Source: Capsulimonadaceae bacterium (lineage in GTDB: Bacteria; Armatimonadota; Armatimonadia; Armatimonadales; Capsulimonadaceae). From it: DNA of 64,000 bases. The notes beneath the pieces are model-generated. The model was not told where the DNA came from. It made no database searches and was given only the letters and a program-made list of their open reading frames with translations. The position numbers were made by a program, and so were the translations under genes. How positions within the stretch are numbered: the stretch's first letter is position 1; each line of letters opens with the position of its first letter. Shown piece after piece: positions 10,521 to 21,336 of the stretch. Location: assembly GCA_965215505.1 (NCBI GenBank), contig OZ244065.1:4672001-4736000 (forward strand), written 5' to 3'.

Positions 10521-10760
10521 GGTATGCCTCCTCAGGTCTCTTCCCGCCTTCCGTTTCTTCCTCTTGATTATGACACTTCCACGGCGTTCTTGTGGCTATT
10601 TTGGTAGACATGCAGGAGCGATCCCGGAGTTGTCTCACCTGATGAGAATTTGGGGTAGTTCCGCCTCTGCTGCTCCGTTTAAAGGCTCAGGCGTCCTAAC
10701 AAGAGGCAACATGTTCCTGTTCTCAGAGGGCGTTTAGGAGAACATTCGTTCACACGCCAG

Positions 10761-10999
10761 ACGCGACCTGCTGCTGACTCTGGTGGAGGAAGTAGTGTGC
10801 TACAAAGACGGGGCGGAGATGAGACAGATGATAGGATGAAGGTCGTGTTCCTCCCCGGCGTGTTCGGGAATGCTGGGAAAGAGGACGGGGCATCAAGGCG
10901 TAGAGGTAGTCGGCGTCGTCGGTGGGGCGGATGACGCCGGGGCGCAGCGGCTCGGTCAGCTCGATGTGCAGGCCCTCGGTGTCTAGGACGTTCAGGACG
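10761..10999. pseudogene. Relic copy of serine-recombinase 3' end joined to a dnaN 3' fragment
   Basis: Aligns by eye to 49013-49256. 10904-10999 is near-identical to the dnaN segment; the recombinase part is diverged with an insertion; the att core is missing. Confidence 0.88.
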
Positions 11000-11028
11000 C
11001 CGGTTCGAACTTGTTGACTAAATGTTGA

Positions 11029-11289
11029 CTAAATCTGGTCCGTGCCAAAAGCCAGCACCAGCGCGACGGCCTTGGCCTCTTCCCTCATCTCTTTTTGCAG
11101 CGCGTCCCAGATCATGTCCTGCTTCGTGCGCTCACCCAGACCATCAAAACGGTCGGAGACGAGGCGGACATAGATCGAGCCGTCGTCGCCCTCGTCGGTG
11201 CGGACCGCCGCGTTTGGGCCGAACGCCTTTTGCAACGTCTCGCGTACTCTGGCGCTTGCCTGTGGGTAGTTGTGAGAGAAGGTAGCCAT
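11029..11289 (-). CDS. Small protein resembling BolA-like fold; partner of HEPN gene
   Basis: 86 aa from MATFSHNY, RBS GGAGG, starts 4 nt after the HEPN stop. IYVRLVSDRFDGLGERTKQDMIWDAL resembles the BolA core. Confidence 0.6.
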   Translation of the reverse strand: MATFSHNYPQASARVRETLQKAFGPNAAVRTDEGDDGSIYVRLVSDRFDGLGERTKQDMIWDALQKEMREEAKAVALVLAFGTDQI

Positions 11290-11293
11290 TGAT

Positions 11294-11788
11294 TCATCCT
11301 CCGCCGATCTTCGGTGAAAGCCAGTCCACCACCGTTTGCACGTCGTCCAAAAATTCTGTCGCCTCCGCACGAGGCACGGCGTCTGACTCGTATCGCCATG
11401 AAGAGCGCCATTGGGCGACACGGCCCCATAATCTTCGGTCGTAGGCAAGGTCCTGCGGCAAATCGGTGAGCTGGAGCAGGTACAAGATTTTGTGGCCTGC
11501 CGCTGACCGCGCGATGTTTTCCACCGGCTCCAACCCCCGCCGCTTCCGCTGTTCGTTGAGCTTATCCACTGCGGACGCCAAAGTCTGCGTGTTCATGTGC
11601 TGGATCAGATATGCCTTCACCAGACACTCCGCCGCATAACCAGCGAGATACATCGCGCCGCGCAGATGGCGACGGCCGGCGTCGGAACGCTGCGGGTCAA
11701 GCGTCGGAGGTTCCAGCAGTTCTCTTGCATCCCCTAACCGCCGGGCTGCGCTGCGCTTGTAGTCCTGAATGGTATCGCGGAACGGCAT
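11294..11788 (-). CDS. HEPN domain protein
   Basis: AMYLAGYAAECLVKA, RSAAGHKI and C-terminal WRY pattern typical of HEPN proteins. Confidence 0.72.
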   Translation of the reverse strand: MPFRDTIQDYKRSAARRLGDARELLEPPTLDPQRSDAGRRHLRGAMYLAGYAAECLVKAYLIQHMNTQTLASAVDKLNEQRKRRGLEPVENIARSAAGHKILYLLQLTDLPQDLAYDRRLWGRVAQWRSSWRYESDAVPRAEATEFLDDVQTVVDWLSPKIGGG

Positions 11789-11821
11789 TTCAGTCCTACT
11801 CCGGCCTATGGCACGGGAACC

Positions 11822-11870
11822 AAGCGGTGGGCAGTGTCAGGGCGCAGGAGGCCAAACCCTGACACCGCTT
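11822..11870. other. Imperfect hairpin just outside the left att repeat
   Basis: GTGTCAGGG (11834-11842) pairs with CCCTGACAC (11857-11865); outer AAGCG/CGCTT. Would lie directly downstream of the dnaN stop in the empty site. Confidence 0.5.
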
Positions 11871-11879
11871 CCATCTAGA

Positions 11880-11896
11880 TTATACCACCTGCATCG
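11880..11896. repeat. Left attachment-site direct repeat (dnaN 3' end)
   Basis: TTATACCACCTGCATCG, identical to 49130-49146. Confidence 0.85.
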
Positions 11897-12120
11897 TGTG
11901 CAGGGTTGAGAACCATGTGAGTAGCTATGAAACGCGGCGTCTTCCCTCTGAGCAACGCGCCGCGGCCTAATCTCGAACCAATATGGCAGTTCTCGCTGAC
12001 AGGTTCGGGCTAGGCAAGGACGCGGCAGAGGGCCAGGAAGTGCGAATGCGCGGCGGCCCGCCCGGTGAGCCGGGCCGCCTGCCATTTGGCGGTCAGTTGG
12101 GCGGGGATCAAACGCGGGTC

Positions 12121-12342
12121 CTATGCCCCGGGGGTCTTGTGCTTCTTCAGCCACACGCGCTGCACGGCCTCCCGGATCAGGGCGCTGCGGCTCTGCCCCC
12201 GCTCGTCCGCGATGGCGTCCAGCGCCTGCCGCTCGGCTAGGTCTAGCATCACGGGTGTCTGCGTGAGCCTGGCCTTCTTGCGCCGCGCGCCGGGCCGCAG
12301 CCCCGTCCGTGCCCGCGTCTCCCCGATCTCCGTTTCCGTCAT
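12121..12342 (-). CDS. Ribbon-helix-helix (CopG-like) protein
   Basis: RBS AGGAG; ALDAIADERGQSRSALIREAV motif. Confidence 0.8.
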   Translation of the reverse strand: MTETEIGETRARTGLRPGARRKKARLTQTPVMLDLAERQALDAIADERGQSRSALIREAVQRVWLKKHKTPGA

Positions 12343-12361
12343 GTCGGCTCCTCCTAGTCTT

Positions 12362-13365
12362 TCACAGCAGCCCACTCAGCAGGCCGGTCATCTCGCCCTG
12401 GGCGTCGGCCCGGTTGTCATCGTAAATGGTCAGCGTCCGCAGGTCCGCGTGATGCGAGAGCTTCTGCACCTTCCGCACGTCCCCGCCGGAGGCATCCAGG
12501 GCCGCCGTGATGCTGCTGTGGCGGATCTTGTGGGGCGAAAGCTTCAGCCCCATCTTCTCGCCGTAGGTCTGGATCAGGTCGTGCAGGCCGTCCGGGGCCA
12601 GCCGCCCGCCCACGCGCTCGGGGGCCGCGACTGTGTGCCGCCGGGCGAGGCTGTGGAACAGGGGGGCGGCCCCGTCCCCCGCGTGGCCCGCCGCGACGAG
12701 GTAGGCGGCGACGGCCTCCGCGCACTTCGAGGACAGCGTGACCGGGGCCTTCTGCGTCCCCCGGCCCTTCCCCGTGATCAGCCGCCGCCGCTCGGTCAGG
12801 GAGAAGTCGCCGACGTTCAGGGCGCAGACTTCCGCCCGGCGCAGGGCGTTCTCGGCCAGCAGGCGCAGCAGGGCGGCGTCGCGCAGGGTCCGCAGCGTCC
12901 CCGCCCCGTGCATTTCGGCGGGCAGGGCCAGCAGCCAGCGCAGGGCTTTGAGGTCGGGGCCGCGCGTGTCTCGGTAGGCCCTGATCTTCTCCGAGTCCAC
13001 CAGGCCCCCCGTCCGTCTGCGCCATCCCCAGGCGGTGCGCGAACTTCAGCAGGGAGGGGACGGCGGCCAGACGGCGGCTGACGGTGGCCTCGGCCAGCCC
13101 CTCGGCCAGCGTCCGGCCCTTGTACGTCGCCAGGCGCAGGGCAACCTCGGGGGCGGCGAGGGAAAGGAACGCCCGCACGTCGGCGGGGCCGAGGGCCTGT
13201 TCGGGAGCGCCGAAGAAGGCGGCCAGGTCGGAGGCGTAGGCGCGTGGCCGGGGAGCGCTTGTCGGCCAACAGCAGGGCGACGGGATCAGAGCCGAGCGGG
13301 GGCAGTTTTGCTGCCATGTCACTGGGTGGCACGAGCGCACCGGTCGTCGCTTCCGACCCATTCAT
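12362..13365 (-). pseudogene. Tyrosine recombinase (XerC/D-like), frameshifted
   Basis: Coding signal is split over three frames (DKRSPATR / RAYASDL...SLLKFA / RDAALLRLL..ALRRAE..HKIRH..LTIYD), with shifts near 13243 and 13005. Confidence 0.82.
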
Positions 13366-13910
13366 CGCTTATAATCCAGGGTGTCGTGGGTGATGTCCCC
13401 CGCCACTTCCCGCCAGCCTCCGGGCAGTTTCGCCCAGGTTGTCTGCTCCTCGTAAGTCCGCACGATCGTATACGCCGGCGTGGATGCCGAGCGCGAAAAA
13501 TGGGTGACGTAGCGCCAGCGCAGGACGGCACGGGCCTGGTTGCCCTGGAGCGCCACCTGGGAGACCGCGCAGCGCGCGGCGGCGGTGTAATTGTTTCTGG
13601 CGAAGAGGCCCGCGACGCCCGTCTGTTCCCCCCGGAAGTTCCCCTTCCGGCCCTGGACGTCCCTCAGCGCGAGGGTGGGCGACCGCATCGCCATGTAGCC
13701 CGCCAGATCCCGCGCCCCGTAGGCCGTGGCGGCACGGTCGCAGGCCGCCTGAATCGCCTGCCGCGCCTGAGCCGGGGTGTCGGCGCTGGCGTCTGGGGCG
13801 GGGCCGAGGACGCCCGCAGCGAGGGCCAGCACAACGAACACAGGCAAGGCGCGGCGCGGGGGACTCTCAGCCGGAACACGGAACGCCATCATACGGAACG
13901 CCATCATCAC
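13362..13910 (-). CDS. Secreted NTF2/SnoaL-like hypothetical protein
   Basis: RBS GGAG, signal-like hydrophobic stretch, ARDLAGYM and C-terminal WAKLPGGWR pattern. Confidence 0.6.
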   Translation of the reverse strand: MMMAFRMMAFRVPAESPPRRALPVFVVLALAAGVLGPAPDASADTPAQARQAIQAACDRAATAYGARDLAGYMAMRSPTLALRDVQGRKGNFRGEQTGVAGLFARNNYTAAARCAVSQVALQGNQARAVLRWRYVTHFSRSASTPAYTIVRTYEEQTTWAKLPGGWREVAGDITHDTLDYKR

Positions 13911-14117
13911 GATCTCCTGCCTCGAGTATGGCGTATAATCCGCCGCCCGTCAATACTCCTGATAACGGACATTTTACGGAGTAAATTCCCGCCGGGTCAT
14001 CGCGGATAGCCAGCCGCCGGCCGTCTGATGCGCCGGTAACATGCAGCGCTGTTCTCCCCGTATTCCAGCCTATCTTCCTCATACATCAATTCCCCGTTTG
14101 GAAAGGTCTGCCTTATC

Positions 14118-15272
14118 ATGAACGCCCTCTCGCGTGTCATAGCCTTGTGCCTCACTCTTTCCCCTTCACTCATAGGTGTTGACGCAGCCACCGGCCCGCC
14201 GTCCGCGGCTGTTCCCCTCCCTGCTGCTGTTCCCCTCCCTGCTGTCCCTGTGACTGACCTCGGGACGCTCGGCGGATCGGGCAGCACGGGCTACGGCGTC
14301 AACAACAAAGGACAAGTGACAGGAACATCGCGGATGCCGGGAGACAAAACCATCCACGCGTTCTTCTACTCCGATGGCAAGATAATGGACCTGGGAACCC
14401 TCGGGGGTGACCAGAGCGAGGCCCATGCGCTCAACGACGCCGGACAAGTGACAGGCAACGCCGACACCAAGGACAAGGACAAGCGCCATGACTTCGTGCG
14501 CCATGCCTTCCTGTGGCAGAACGGCAAGATGAGCGAACTCGGCACGTCAAAGGCAGATACCAGCGACGGGCTGGCAATCAACGGAGCCGGGCAGGTCGTC
14601 GGCAGAATAAGCCGCGGCTGGCTGGGGCTTTCGCGCGCGTGTTTCTGGTTGGGCGGGAAGGTGAACACGCTGGAGGATTCCGGCGCAGGGAGCAGTGAGG
14701 CCGGCGGCATCAATAGTCAGGGTCAGATGGTCGGCACGTTCCGGGAGCCGGGGCGGCCCTTCAAGGATTTACAGGCGGACGGCATCTATTACTGCGATCA
14801 CGCCGTCCTGTGGGGACGACCAAAGGCGTTGGAGTTAGGTCTTCCGGGCACGGAAATCAGTCAGGCGAACGCCATCAACGACGGCGGCGAGGTTGCGGGT
14901 ACGGCCTCGTTCAGCCCCTATCCGATCCTCCATGCCTGCGTATGGCAGCGCGGCAAGATGACCGACTTGGGGCAGCTCGCGGGGCAAGACACAGTGGTCT
15001 ACGCCATCAACGGCACTGGGCTGATGGTAGGGGGCACGAATTCGAACGACCTGGAAGAGAACGGAAAAGACCGTGGGGATGCGGATCAGCCTCAGTATGC
15101 GTTCTGCTGTTCCGGGAAGAGGATAATCAACCTCAACTCCCTGATTGAACCAACGTCGGGGTGGACGCTGACGGATGCCCACAGCATCTCGGATACAGGG
15201 TATGTCACGGGAGCGGGCACCCACAACGGCCAGCCTCACGCCTACCTTCTCAAACTGCCTTCAAACCTTTGA
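14118..15272 (+). CDS. Extracellular HAF-repeat protein
   Basis: Repeated DLGTLGG..A..IN..GQV.G..HAF units; signal peptide. Confidence 0.88.
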   Translation: MNALSRVIALCLTLSPSLIGVDAATGPPSAAVPLPAAVPLPAVPVTDLGTLGGSGSTGYGVNNKGQVTGTSRMPGDKTIHAFFYSDGKIMDLGTLGGDQSEAHALNDAGQVTGNADTKDKDKRHDFVRHAFLWQNGKMSELGTSKADTSDGLAINGAGQVVGRISRGWLGLSRACFWLGGKVNTLEDSGAGSSEAGGINSQGQMVGTFREPGRPFKDLQADGIYYCDHAVLWGRPKALELGLPGTEISQANAINDGGEVAGTASFSPYPILHACVWQRGKMTDLGQLAGQDTVVYAINGTGLMVGGTNSNDLEENGKDRGDADQPQYAFCCSGKRIINLNSLIEPTSGWTLTDAHSISDTGYVTGAGTHNGQPHAYLLKLPSNL

Positions 15273-15596
15273 GCTGAGCAACTGTGTACGTTCATTTTCC
15301 GCCCCATACATTCGTTTGAAGGTGCGCCCTTACGGAAACCGCTTTGCCAGAGATTCTGCGCCAGAGATTTTGCGGCGGTGAGCAGCCGGTCGGGATCGTC
15401 CCCGAAATGACCGAGGCCCTGGTTGCAGGGAGCACACAGGAGGCCGCGAACTGCCCCGTCGCGTGGTCGTGGTCAACAGCACGGTAGGTTTCTTTTCAGT
15501 GGATGGTGATGTAACTTTTTTGACCTGAAGGTGTCATAAAGAGTGACGAAGAGACGCTTTCTTATGTCGCATCCATTTTATCTGAGGTGAGAGCCT

Positions 15597-16652
15597 TTGA
15601 AAACCAGAGCCAAAAGAATAAAACGCATCCTTCGCTTTTTTCGGGGGACTGAGTTCATAACGGAGAGCCTGCGCGATTTAGTAGAAACCTCTCTGCCAGT
15701 CCTTATGGTTGCGGCTTTGCCCCTTCTCCTGGCGCTTGTTTGGTATGCCCCTCTCTGGGCGGTGAGCTACCATCAAACCCATATCCCCCTCAAACTCACG
15801 CCGAAAGACCTTCTGGACTTTGAAGGTAACGTGCGGACGACGCTGGTTCAGCTTCTCGGCGGGATAGCTGTTTTGATCGGTTCTTACATCGCTTACCGCA
15901 ATGTGAAAGCGGTAGAGAAGAATATCAAAGTTTCCCAAGAAGGGCAGATCAACGAGCGATTCACACGGGCTGTTGAGCAGCTTGGAAGCGAGATACTGCC
16001 GGTCCGTCTCGGTGGCATCTCTTCTTTAGAGAGCATCGCCCATGACTCCGAGCGGCATCATCGGGCGGTCATGGAAACCCTCTCGAATTACGTTCGCTCT
16101 CACAGACGCATCAGCGAGAGTACAGCCGAGGCCAAAGATGATCCTGCCGACAACGAGGTCCAGGCCATTTTCACCGTGATCGGTCGGCGGGCTTGGGTGC
16201 ATGAAATTGATGGTCATGGCTTAGACTTCAGAGGGCTTGATTTACACGACCTCAACCTTCAAACCGCGTTTCTCGAAGGGCTGTCTTTTGATAACTCAAA
16301 CCTGAACGGGGTGAACTTTGTAGGCGCAGCTCTTGAAGAAGCGTCTTTCGTAAACGCGTCTTTAGACTGGGCTCAATTGCAGGGACTTGATCTCAGCGGT
16401 GTAGATTTTAGAGCGACACGACTAGCTAAGGCAAATCTGTCTGGTTGCAAACTCAAAGGCGCTTGTAACCTCACGGCCTCTCAGGTCTCCGCAACTTACT
16501 TCGATAAAGCCACTTCAATGACTGCTTTGATGAAGGAAGAGTTGAAGCGTATCTGGAAGTTTGAGAACGAGAACTGTCCTCCGCAACTGCAAGACACCCA
16601 GCAGGCAGAGGTACTCGGTATTGCCCCCGTTGCATCCGGCCCAAAGCCGTAG
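15597..16652 (+). CDS. Pentapeptide-repeat membrane protein
   Basis: Two TM segments, ERFTRAVEQLG..VRLGGI motif, C-terminal A/S-x-L/F pentapeptide repeats. Start uncertain. Confidence 0.82.
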   Translation: MKTRAKRIKRILRFFRGTEFITESLRDLVETSLPVLMVAALPLLLALVWYAPLWAVSYHQTHIPLKLTPKDLLDFEGNVRTTLVQLLGGIAVLIGSYIAYRNVKAVEKNIKVSQEGQINERFTRAVEQLGSEILPVRLGGISSLESIAHDSERHHRAVMETLSNYVRSHRRISESTAEAKDDPADNEVQAIFTVIGRRAWVHEIDGHGLDFRGLDLHDLNLQTAFLEGLSFDNSNLNGVNFVGAALEEASFVNASLDWAQLQGLDLSGVDFRATRLAKANLSGCKLKGACNLTASQVSATYFDKATSMTALMKEELKRIWKFENENCPPQLQDTQQAEVLGIAPVASGPKP

Positions 16653-17644
16653 GTCGTCCCTAAGCCCGCCGAGAGCCAGATGCAGACTACAGAAAACAAA
16701 GAATTGGGGTAAAGACGCAGCGGACTTCCTCATGCCCCCGCCAGTGTCTTAAAGAGAGAAAGATAAAGAGACCCAGCTAGAATGCTGAGGACTCTTCTTG
16801 GTGGGAGGAACTAAGCCGCCGGACGCGGAATTAACTCCATATGTGCCCACAACGGTGAAGCCGCCCGCCGCGCTGGTCTGGACGCCTACAGGCAGCGGAC
16901 GAGGCCAAACGGGGACAAGCTGAGGAGCAGGCCACGAGGTGGTAGGAACAAACAGGATAGTATCGGGGGACACGTCGTTGACAATGAAGCTTAAAGAATT
17001 GTTCTTCTGTTATTATCCTCCAACGGAGGCCGATTTTTCCCAATGGTGGAATACGGCCCTTTTCGCGTTCGATGCGAATACTCTCCTTGATCTTTACGGG
17101 CTTCAGGATGAAACGCGAGGGGAACTGTTCGCCTTCCTAGAGTCTGCTTCTATTAAGGATCGGGTTTGGGTGCCGCATCAGGCTGCCTTTGAATTTAGCA
17201 AGAATCGAATCAAGGTCATCGAGCAACAGGTCGGGAAGTATAAGGCGGTCATCGGACGGCTTGAGAAATTGATTCCAAGCATGAAAATCAATGCGGAAGA
17301 GGCCCAAAAAGAGCTAGCTGATCCTAATCTACCGGAGGCCATCAAGAAAGTCGCCTTGAACGTCTCCTCTAATTTCGAGACGCTGCGGTCGCGGATTAGT
17401 GAAAGTGTAGAGCCTCTAACCGGGGACATCGGCCAACTTATCGCATTGTTAGAGGCCGAGCGTGACAAACAGGCGGCTCTTATCGGAACTGACCCTATCC
17501 TCGACCGTCTCGCGGCTTTACTAGCCGATAACGTGGGTGACGCGTATGACGAGGCAGCACTGAAAGAAATATATAAAGAAGGTGCAGAGCGGTATGCTGC
17601 CGATCCCCAAACCCCTCCGGGATACATGGACCAAAATGACAAGC

Positions 17645-18876
17645 CTGAGTAACCGTCAGTTTCTTGCGAGTAAAGTCTTGTCTGAGTAGAGCAGCCAGAA
17701 AGGCAGTGTCCATTGCAGGTAAAATGAAAGTGTCACCCAACACTTTAGCCTGCGAGGAACCCATGCCTTTCCGCTGCCCTGCCTATTATACCGTCTCTAC
17801 CGTCCGTCAGCGTCTGCGCTCTCTGCTGACGGGCCTGTCCAAGCCTCAACTGGAGAACCTGAGCCTGATGACGTTCGGCTTGTTCGCCGCCGGCAACTGC
17901 CAACTGCCGCGCATCGCCGTCAAACTGCCGTTGCTTGTGGGAGCCGCCAGTCTCACACAGCGACTGCGCCGCCTGCTCATGAACCGCGCCATCGAGCCAA
18001 GCACGCTCTACCCGCCGGTGGCCCGCTTCCTGCTGGCGGCTTTCTCCGGCGGCAGCGTCCGCCTGATCCTGGATGCCACCGACTTAGGCGGGCGCCTGCC
18101 CGTGTTGTTTGTGGCCGTCGCCTACCGGGGCCGCGCTTTGCCCCTGGCCTGGCGGATGCTCCCAGCGATGGGGTGCAGCGAGTTCCGTGAGCAGAAGGCG
18201 CTGCTGTCTCAGGTCGCTGCTTTGGTGCCGCCCGGCACCGAGGTCACACTGCTGGCCGACCGTGAGTACGGCAGTGTGGCCATCACGCGCTGGTGCCTGT
18301 CACACGGCTGGCACTTCGGCCTGCGCCTGAAGAAGAACCGCTGGTTCATGCACGCCGATGGCCGCCGGGAGCAGATCGGCTCCCTGCCGCTGGCACCCGG
18401 CGGACGCCTCTTCGTCGGAGGCATCCGGCTCCCGGCCCTGCCGGAACACCGGTTGAACCTGTGCTGTGGGTGGAGCCGGGACAACAAGGACGATGAACCC
18501 TGGTATATCCTCAGCGATCTGCCCGCTGACCCGCAGACGTTTCATCAGGTGCTGGCACTCTATAATGTCCGCTTCCACATTGAGGAGATGTTCCGCGACT
18601 TCAAGGAGCATGGATTTCGGCTGGAAACAACACACCTGCGGGACCCGGAGCGTGTTTCGCGCCTGCTTCTGTGTGTCTGCATCGCGCATATCTGGTTGAT
18701 GAACGCGGGCGTCTGGGTCAGCAAGCGCGGCCTGCGGCGAAAGGTTGACCGGCACACAACCCGCCAACTGAGCTACTTCCAGATCGGCTGGCGTTTTGTG
18801 CAGCAACAGCATACCTGTGGACTGCCCCTCCGGTGCGAGATAGCCGTCTACACTTGAAAAACTGACGGTTACTCAG
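17645..18876 (+). mobile_element. IS4-family insertion sequence, 1232 bp
   Basis: Perfect 18-bp TIRs CTGAGTAACCGTCAGTTT (17645-17662, 18859-18876); 9-bp TSD ATGACAAGC (17636-17644, 18877-18885). Confidence 0.95.
17763..18857 (+). CDS. IS4-family DDE transposase
   Basis: ILDATD, LADREYG and YREK-type YNVRFHIEEMFRDFK motif; RBS GAGGA before ATG 17763. Confidence 0.92.
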   Translation: MPFRCPAYYTVSTVRQRLRSLLTGLSKPQLENLSLMTFGLFAAGNCQLPRIAVKLPLLVGAASLTQRLRRLLMNRAIEPSTLYPPVARFLLAAFSGGSVRLILDATDLGGRLPVLFVAVAYRGRALPLAWRMLPAMGCSEFREQKALLSQVAALVPPGTEVTLLADREYGSVAITRWCLSHGWHFGLRLKKNRWFMHADGRREQIGSLPLAPGGRLFVGGIRLPALPEHRLNLCCGWSRDNKDDEPWYILSDLPADPQTFHQVLALYNVRFHIEEMFRDFKEHGFRLETTHLRDPERVSRLLLCVCIAHIWLMNAGVWVSKRGLRRKVDRHTTRQLSYFQIGWRFVQQQHTCGLPLRCEIAVYT

Positions 18877-20337
18877 ATGACAAGCATAAGAAGGGGAACG
18901 AAATCTATGGTGACCTACTCGTCTGGAAGCAAACTATAGAGAAGGCAAAGCAGGCAAACAGGCCTCTTCTCATGGTCAATAACGAGCAGAAAACGGATTG
19001 GGTTGAGCCGTGGGCGCAGGGTAAAAGAGCACGGAAGGAATTGGTTCAGGAAATGTACCAGAAGGCAAAAGTACCCTTCTTCATGCACACTCTGCCCCAG
19101 TTCATGGAAGCAGCCACGAAGTACCTCGGGGCCTCATTCTCTGTCAACGCTTTGTCCGATGCGATTCGGGTAGAAAGTGAGGAAGCCGCAAAACTGAACG
19201 TCAACGAAGCTGAATCGAAACAGACTAGAAGTAGCCTATACGGAGACTTTATATTAGATTGGCTGATGATTGAAAGCCACCTAGCCGCGTTGTTAGCAGA
19301 ATCCGGTAACGACAACAGAAACGTCAATTCTTCTCAGGCTTTGGATACTCTGCGTGCCCAGGGAGAAATCTCAGACAAACACCACAACCGCCTCCATTGG
19401 CTAAGACGGTTTAAGAACACACTCATACATGGCACGGGATTTATTGTGCCCGAAGCAAATATCCAGGCAAATCTTGGGGAACTGCGCGACATTATTGATG
19501 AACTAGGAGTCAAGGCACAGGCTACAATAGCTGCGGTATCTAGGACGCTACAGGCGATGTATCCCACGGCAAATCTTACACTTCAACGGGACAAGCCTAA
19601 CATTTTTTTAACTCGCGGCTTAGAAGCAGTTGCCGTCGGCGTAGAACCCGTGGCCACTATGGATTTGGAAGCTCTCAATAAGGTAGTTGCATCTCTGAGT
19701 CTAGGTGATCAGTTGGTAGCACAGGGCAATGTGGACCGTTTCGTGCATGTGGTTGCATGCGGTGATAAAGCCGTTGCATTAAGTTCAGACTATATGTTAT
19801 CCAACATGGGAAAAGTGTCGGATTCAAAGGTTTGGGTCGGGTATTTAGAAGGGGGAAACTTCATCCCGACAACAAACATCCCTTCTCTTCATCTGTTGTT
19901 TAAACAGCCTCCGCCCAAATAGCATTGGAACAACCCCGCACACTGCCAAAGCCTTCGTCCCTGCCAGGGCTTTTCCCCTGCTAGGCTTCCCACCGGCCGC
20001 TGGCCCGTCCCGCCGATGAAGGGCGCAGCCCCATCGAAGTAGAGGCTAACTGACTCGGCCAAAGACAAACCGAGACCCAAAGAGACAGAGACCTCGCCAA
20101 GCGGCGGAGGTCTCTTTTCAATGGCTCCCTCCTTTGCGATACCATTTCAACTGACTGGGCGAGGGTAGGGGGTGTGAACAAAGTTTATGATAAACTTGGC
20201 CTGGCTACTCGGAAAGCAGTCCTGACTGCGGCGGCCTCTTCACTGTGCCATCATAAACTTTGCGCGCACCCGAGGGTAGGGAGGAGAAAGACAGTCCTAC
20301 CCATAAAAAGGTAAGGCAAAGGAGGAGCGACCCAGCG

Positions 20338-21336
20338 ATGAATATGGTGGAAGTTACGGACACACGGGTCTCCTGCCGGCGGCCCGTCGGCCTGCGGATC
20401 GGGATGGGCGTCGCCGGCGGCGTCTTCGGTGTCCTGTGCCTGGCCCTGCTCGTCTGGATCTGGCCGGCCCCGGCGACCCTGGCGCAGCGCTCGCCCGCCG
20501 ACATCCTCAGCCGGCTCGCCCCGACCGTCGGTGTGCCCCTGGTCGGCCTCTGCTTCCCCACCCTCTACTTCCTCTACCTCGCCGGACCCGAAGACCTGAT
20601 CCTGGACACCGTCCGCCGCACCTACCGGTTCCGGCGCGGCTTCCCACTGCTGGCCTCCTGGAAGGAAGGGCCACTGGACCATATTGCGGGTCTGCGCGTG
20701 AAAACCCTCAGCAGCAAATCCAGCGGCAGCAAATCCGGGTCCTCGTCTCAAGTGCTGCTGGACTGGAAGAACACGCAGGCCACCCCCTGGAGCCTTGGGG
20801 ATGGGGCCGTCGCCAGCCGCCGGCCCGTGGCGCTCAGCACCTCACGGGATGCGGGCCGTTTGCGGCAGGAGGCCCAGGATCTGGCCCGGCGGCTCGGGGT
20901 GGCCTGGGAAGAACGAGTGCCCGCGCCCGAACGCGCCCGGAAGCGGGCGCAAAGCCTCCTGGTGCTGGTCCCGCTCCTGTCCTTCCTCCTGCTCAACGGC
21001 CTCCCCCCGCTGCTGGTCGCCCGCGCCCTGGACAGCCAGGGGCAGACGACGGCGGGGACGGTGACGAGCCTGCGCCACGGGAAGGGCTACTCTGCGTCCT
21101 ATACCTACCAAGTCGGGGACCACACCTTTGACGGCCGGGCGTCGCTGAGCGCCTCGGCCTACGAGGCCCTGGAGTTCGGCGGCTCGATCACCGTCTCTTA
21201 CCTGCCGGCCTACCCGCACACGAGCACCCTGGCCGGCGCGCAGACGACCCGGCCCGCCCCGCTGTTCCTGGTCTACGGTGCGCTGCTGGTAGGGCTTGTG
21301 CTGTGGACTACCCTCGGGCGGCGCGACGACCGCTGA
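20338..21336 (+). CDS. Membrane protein with DUF3592-like C-terminus
   Basis: RBS AGGAGG, four hydrophobic segments, GTVT..SYTYQV..G.SITVSYLP.YP pattern. Confidence 0.62.
   Translation: MNMVEVTDTRVSCRRPVGLRIGMGVAGGVFGVLCLALLVWIWPAPATLAQRSPADILSRLAPTVGVPLVGLCFPTLYFLYLAGPEDLILDTVRRTYRFRRGFPLLASWKEGPLDHIAGLRVKTLSSKSSGSKSGSSSQVLLDWKNTQATPWSLGDGAVASRRPVALSTSRDAGRLRQEAQDLARRLGVAWEERVPAPERARKRAQSLLVLVPLLSFLLLNGLPPLLVARALDSQGQTTAGTVTSLRHGKGYSASYTYQVGDHTFDGRASLSASAYEALEFGGSITVSYLPAYPHTSTLAGAQTTRPAPLFLVYGALLVGLVLWTTLGRRDDR

Larger units (their letters stand above)
16984..19922 (+). pseudogene. PIN-like domain (PIN_8/DUF4935-type) multidomain protein interrupted by an IS
   Basis: FAFDANTLLDLY, WVPHQAAFEF, PPGYMD. 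Removing the IS and one TSD copy restores one frame (PPGYMDQNDKHKKGNEIYGDLLVWKQ...) of about 565 aa. Confidence 0.88.

Noticed and set aside
8134-10638. Long antisense or alternate-frame ORFs (834 aa here; also 3820-5097, 5602-7278, 50424-51863, 55457-57268)
   Set aside because: Shadows of real genes in high-GC DNA, without motifs.
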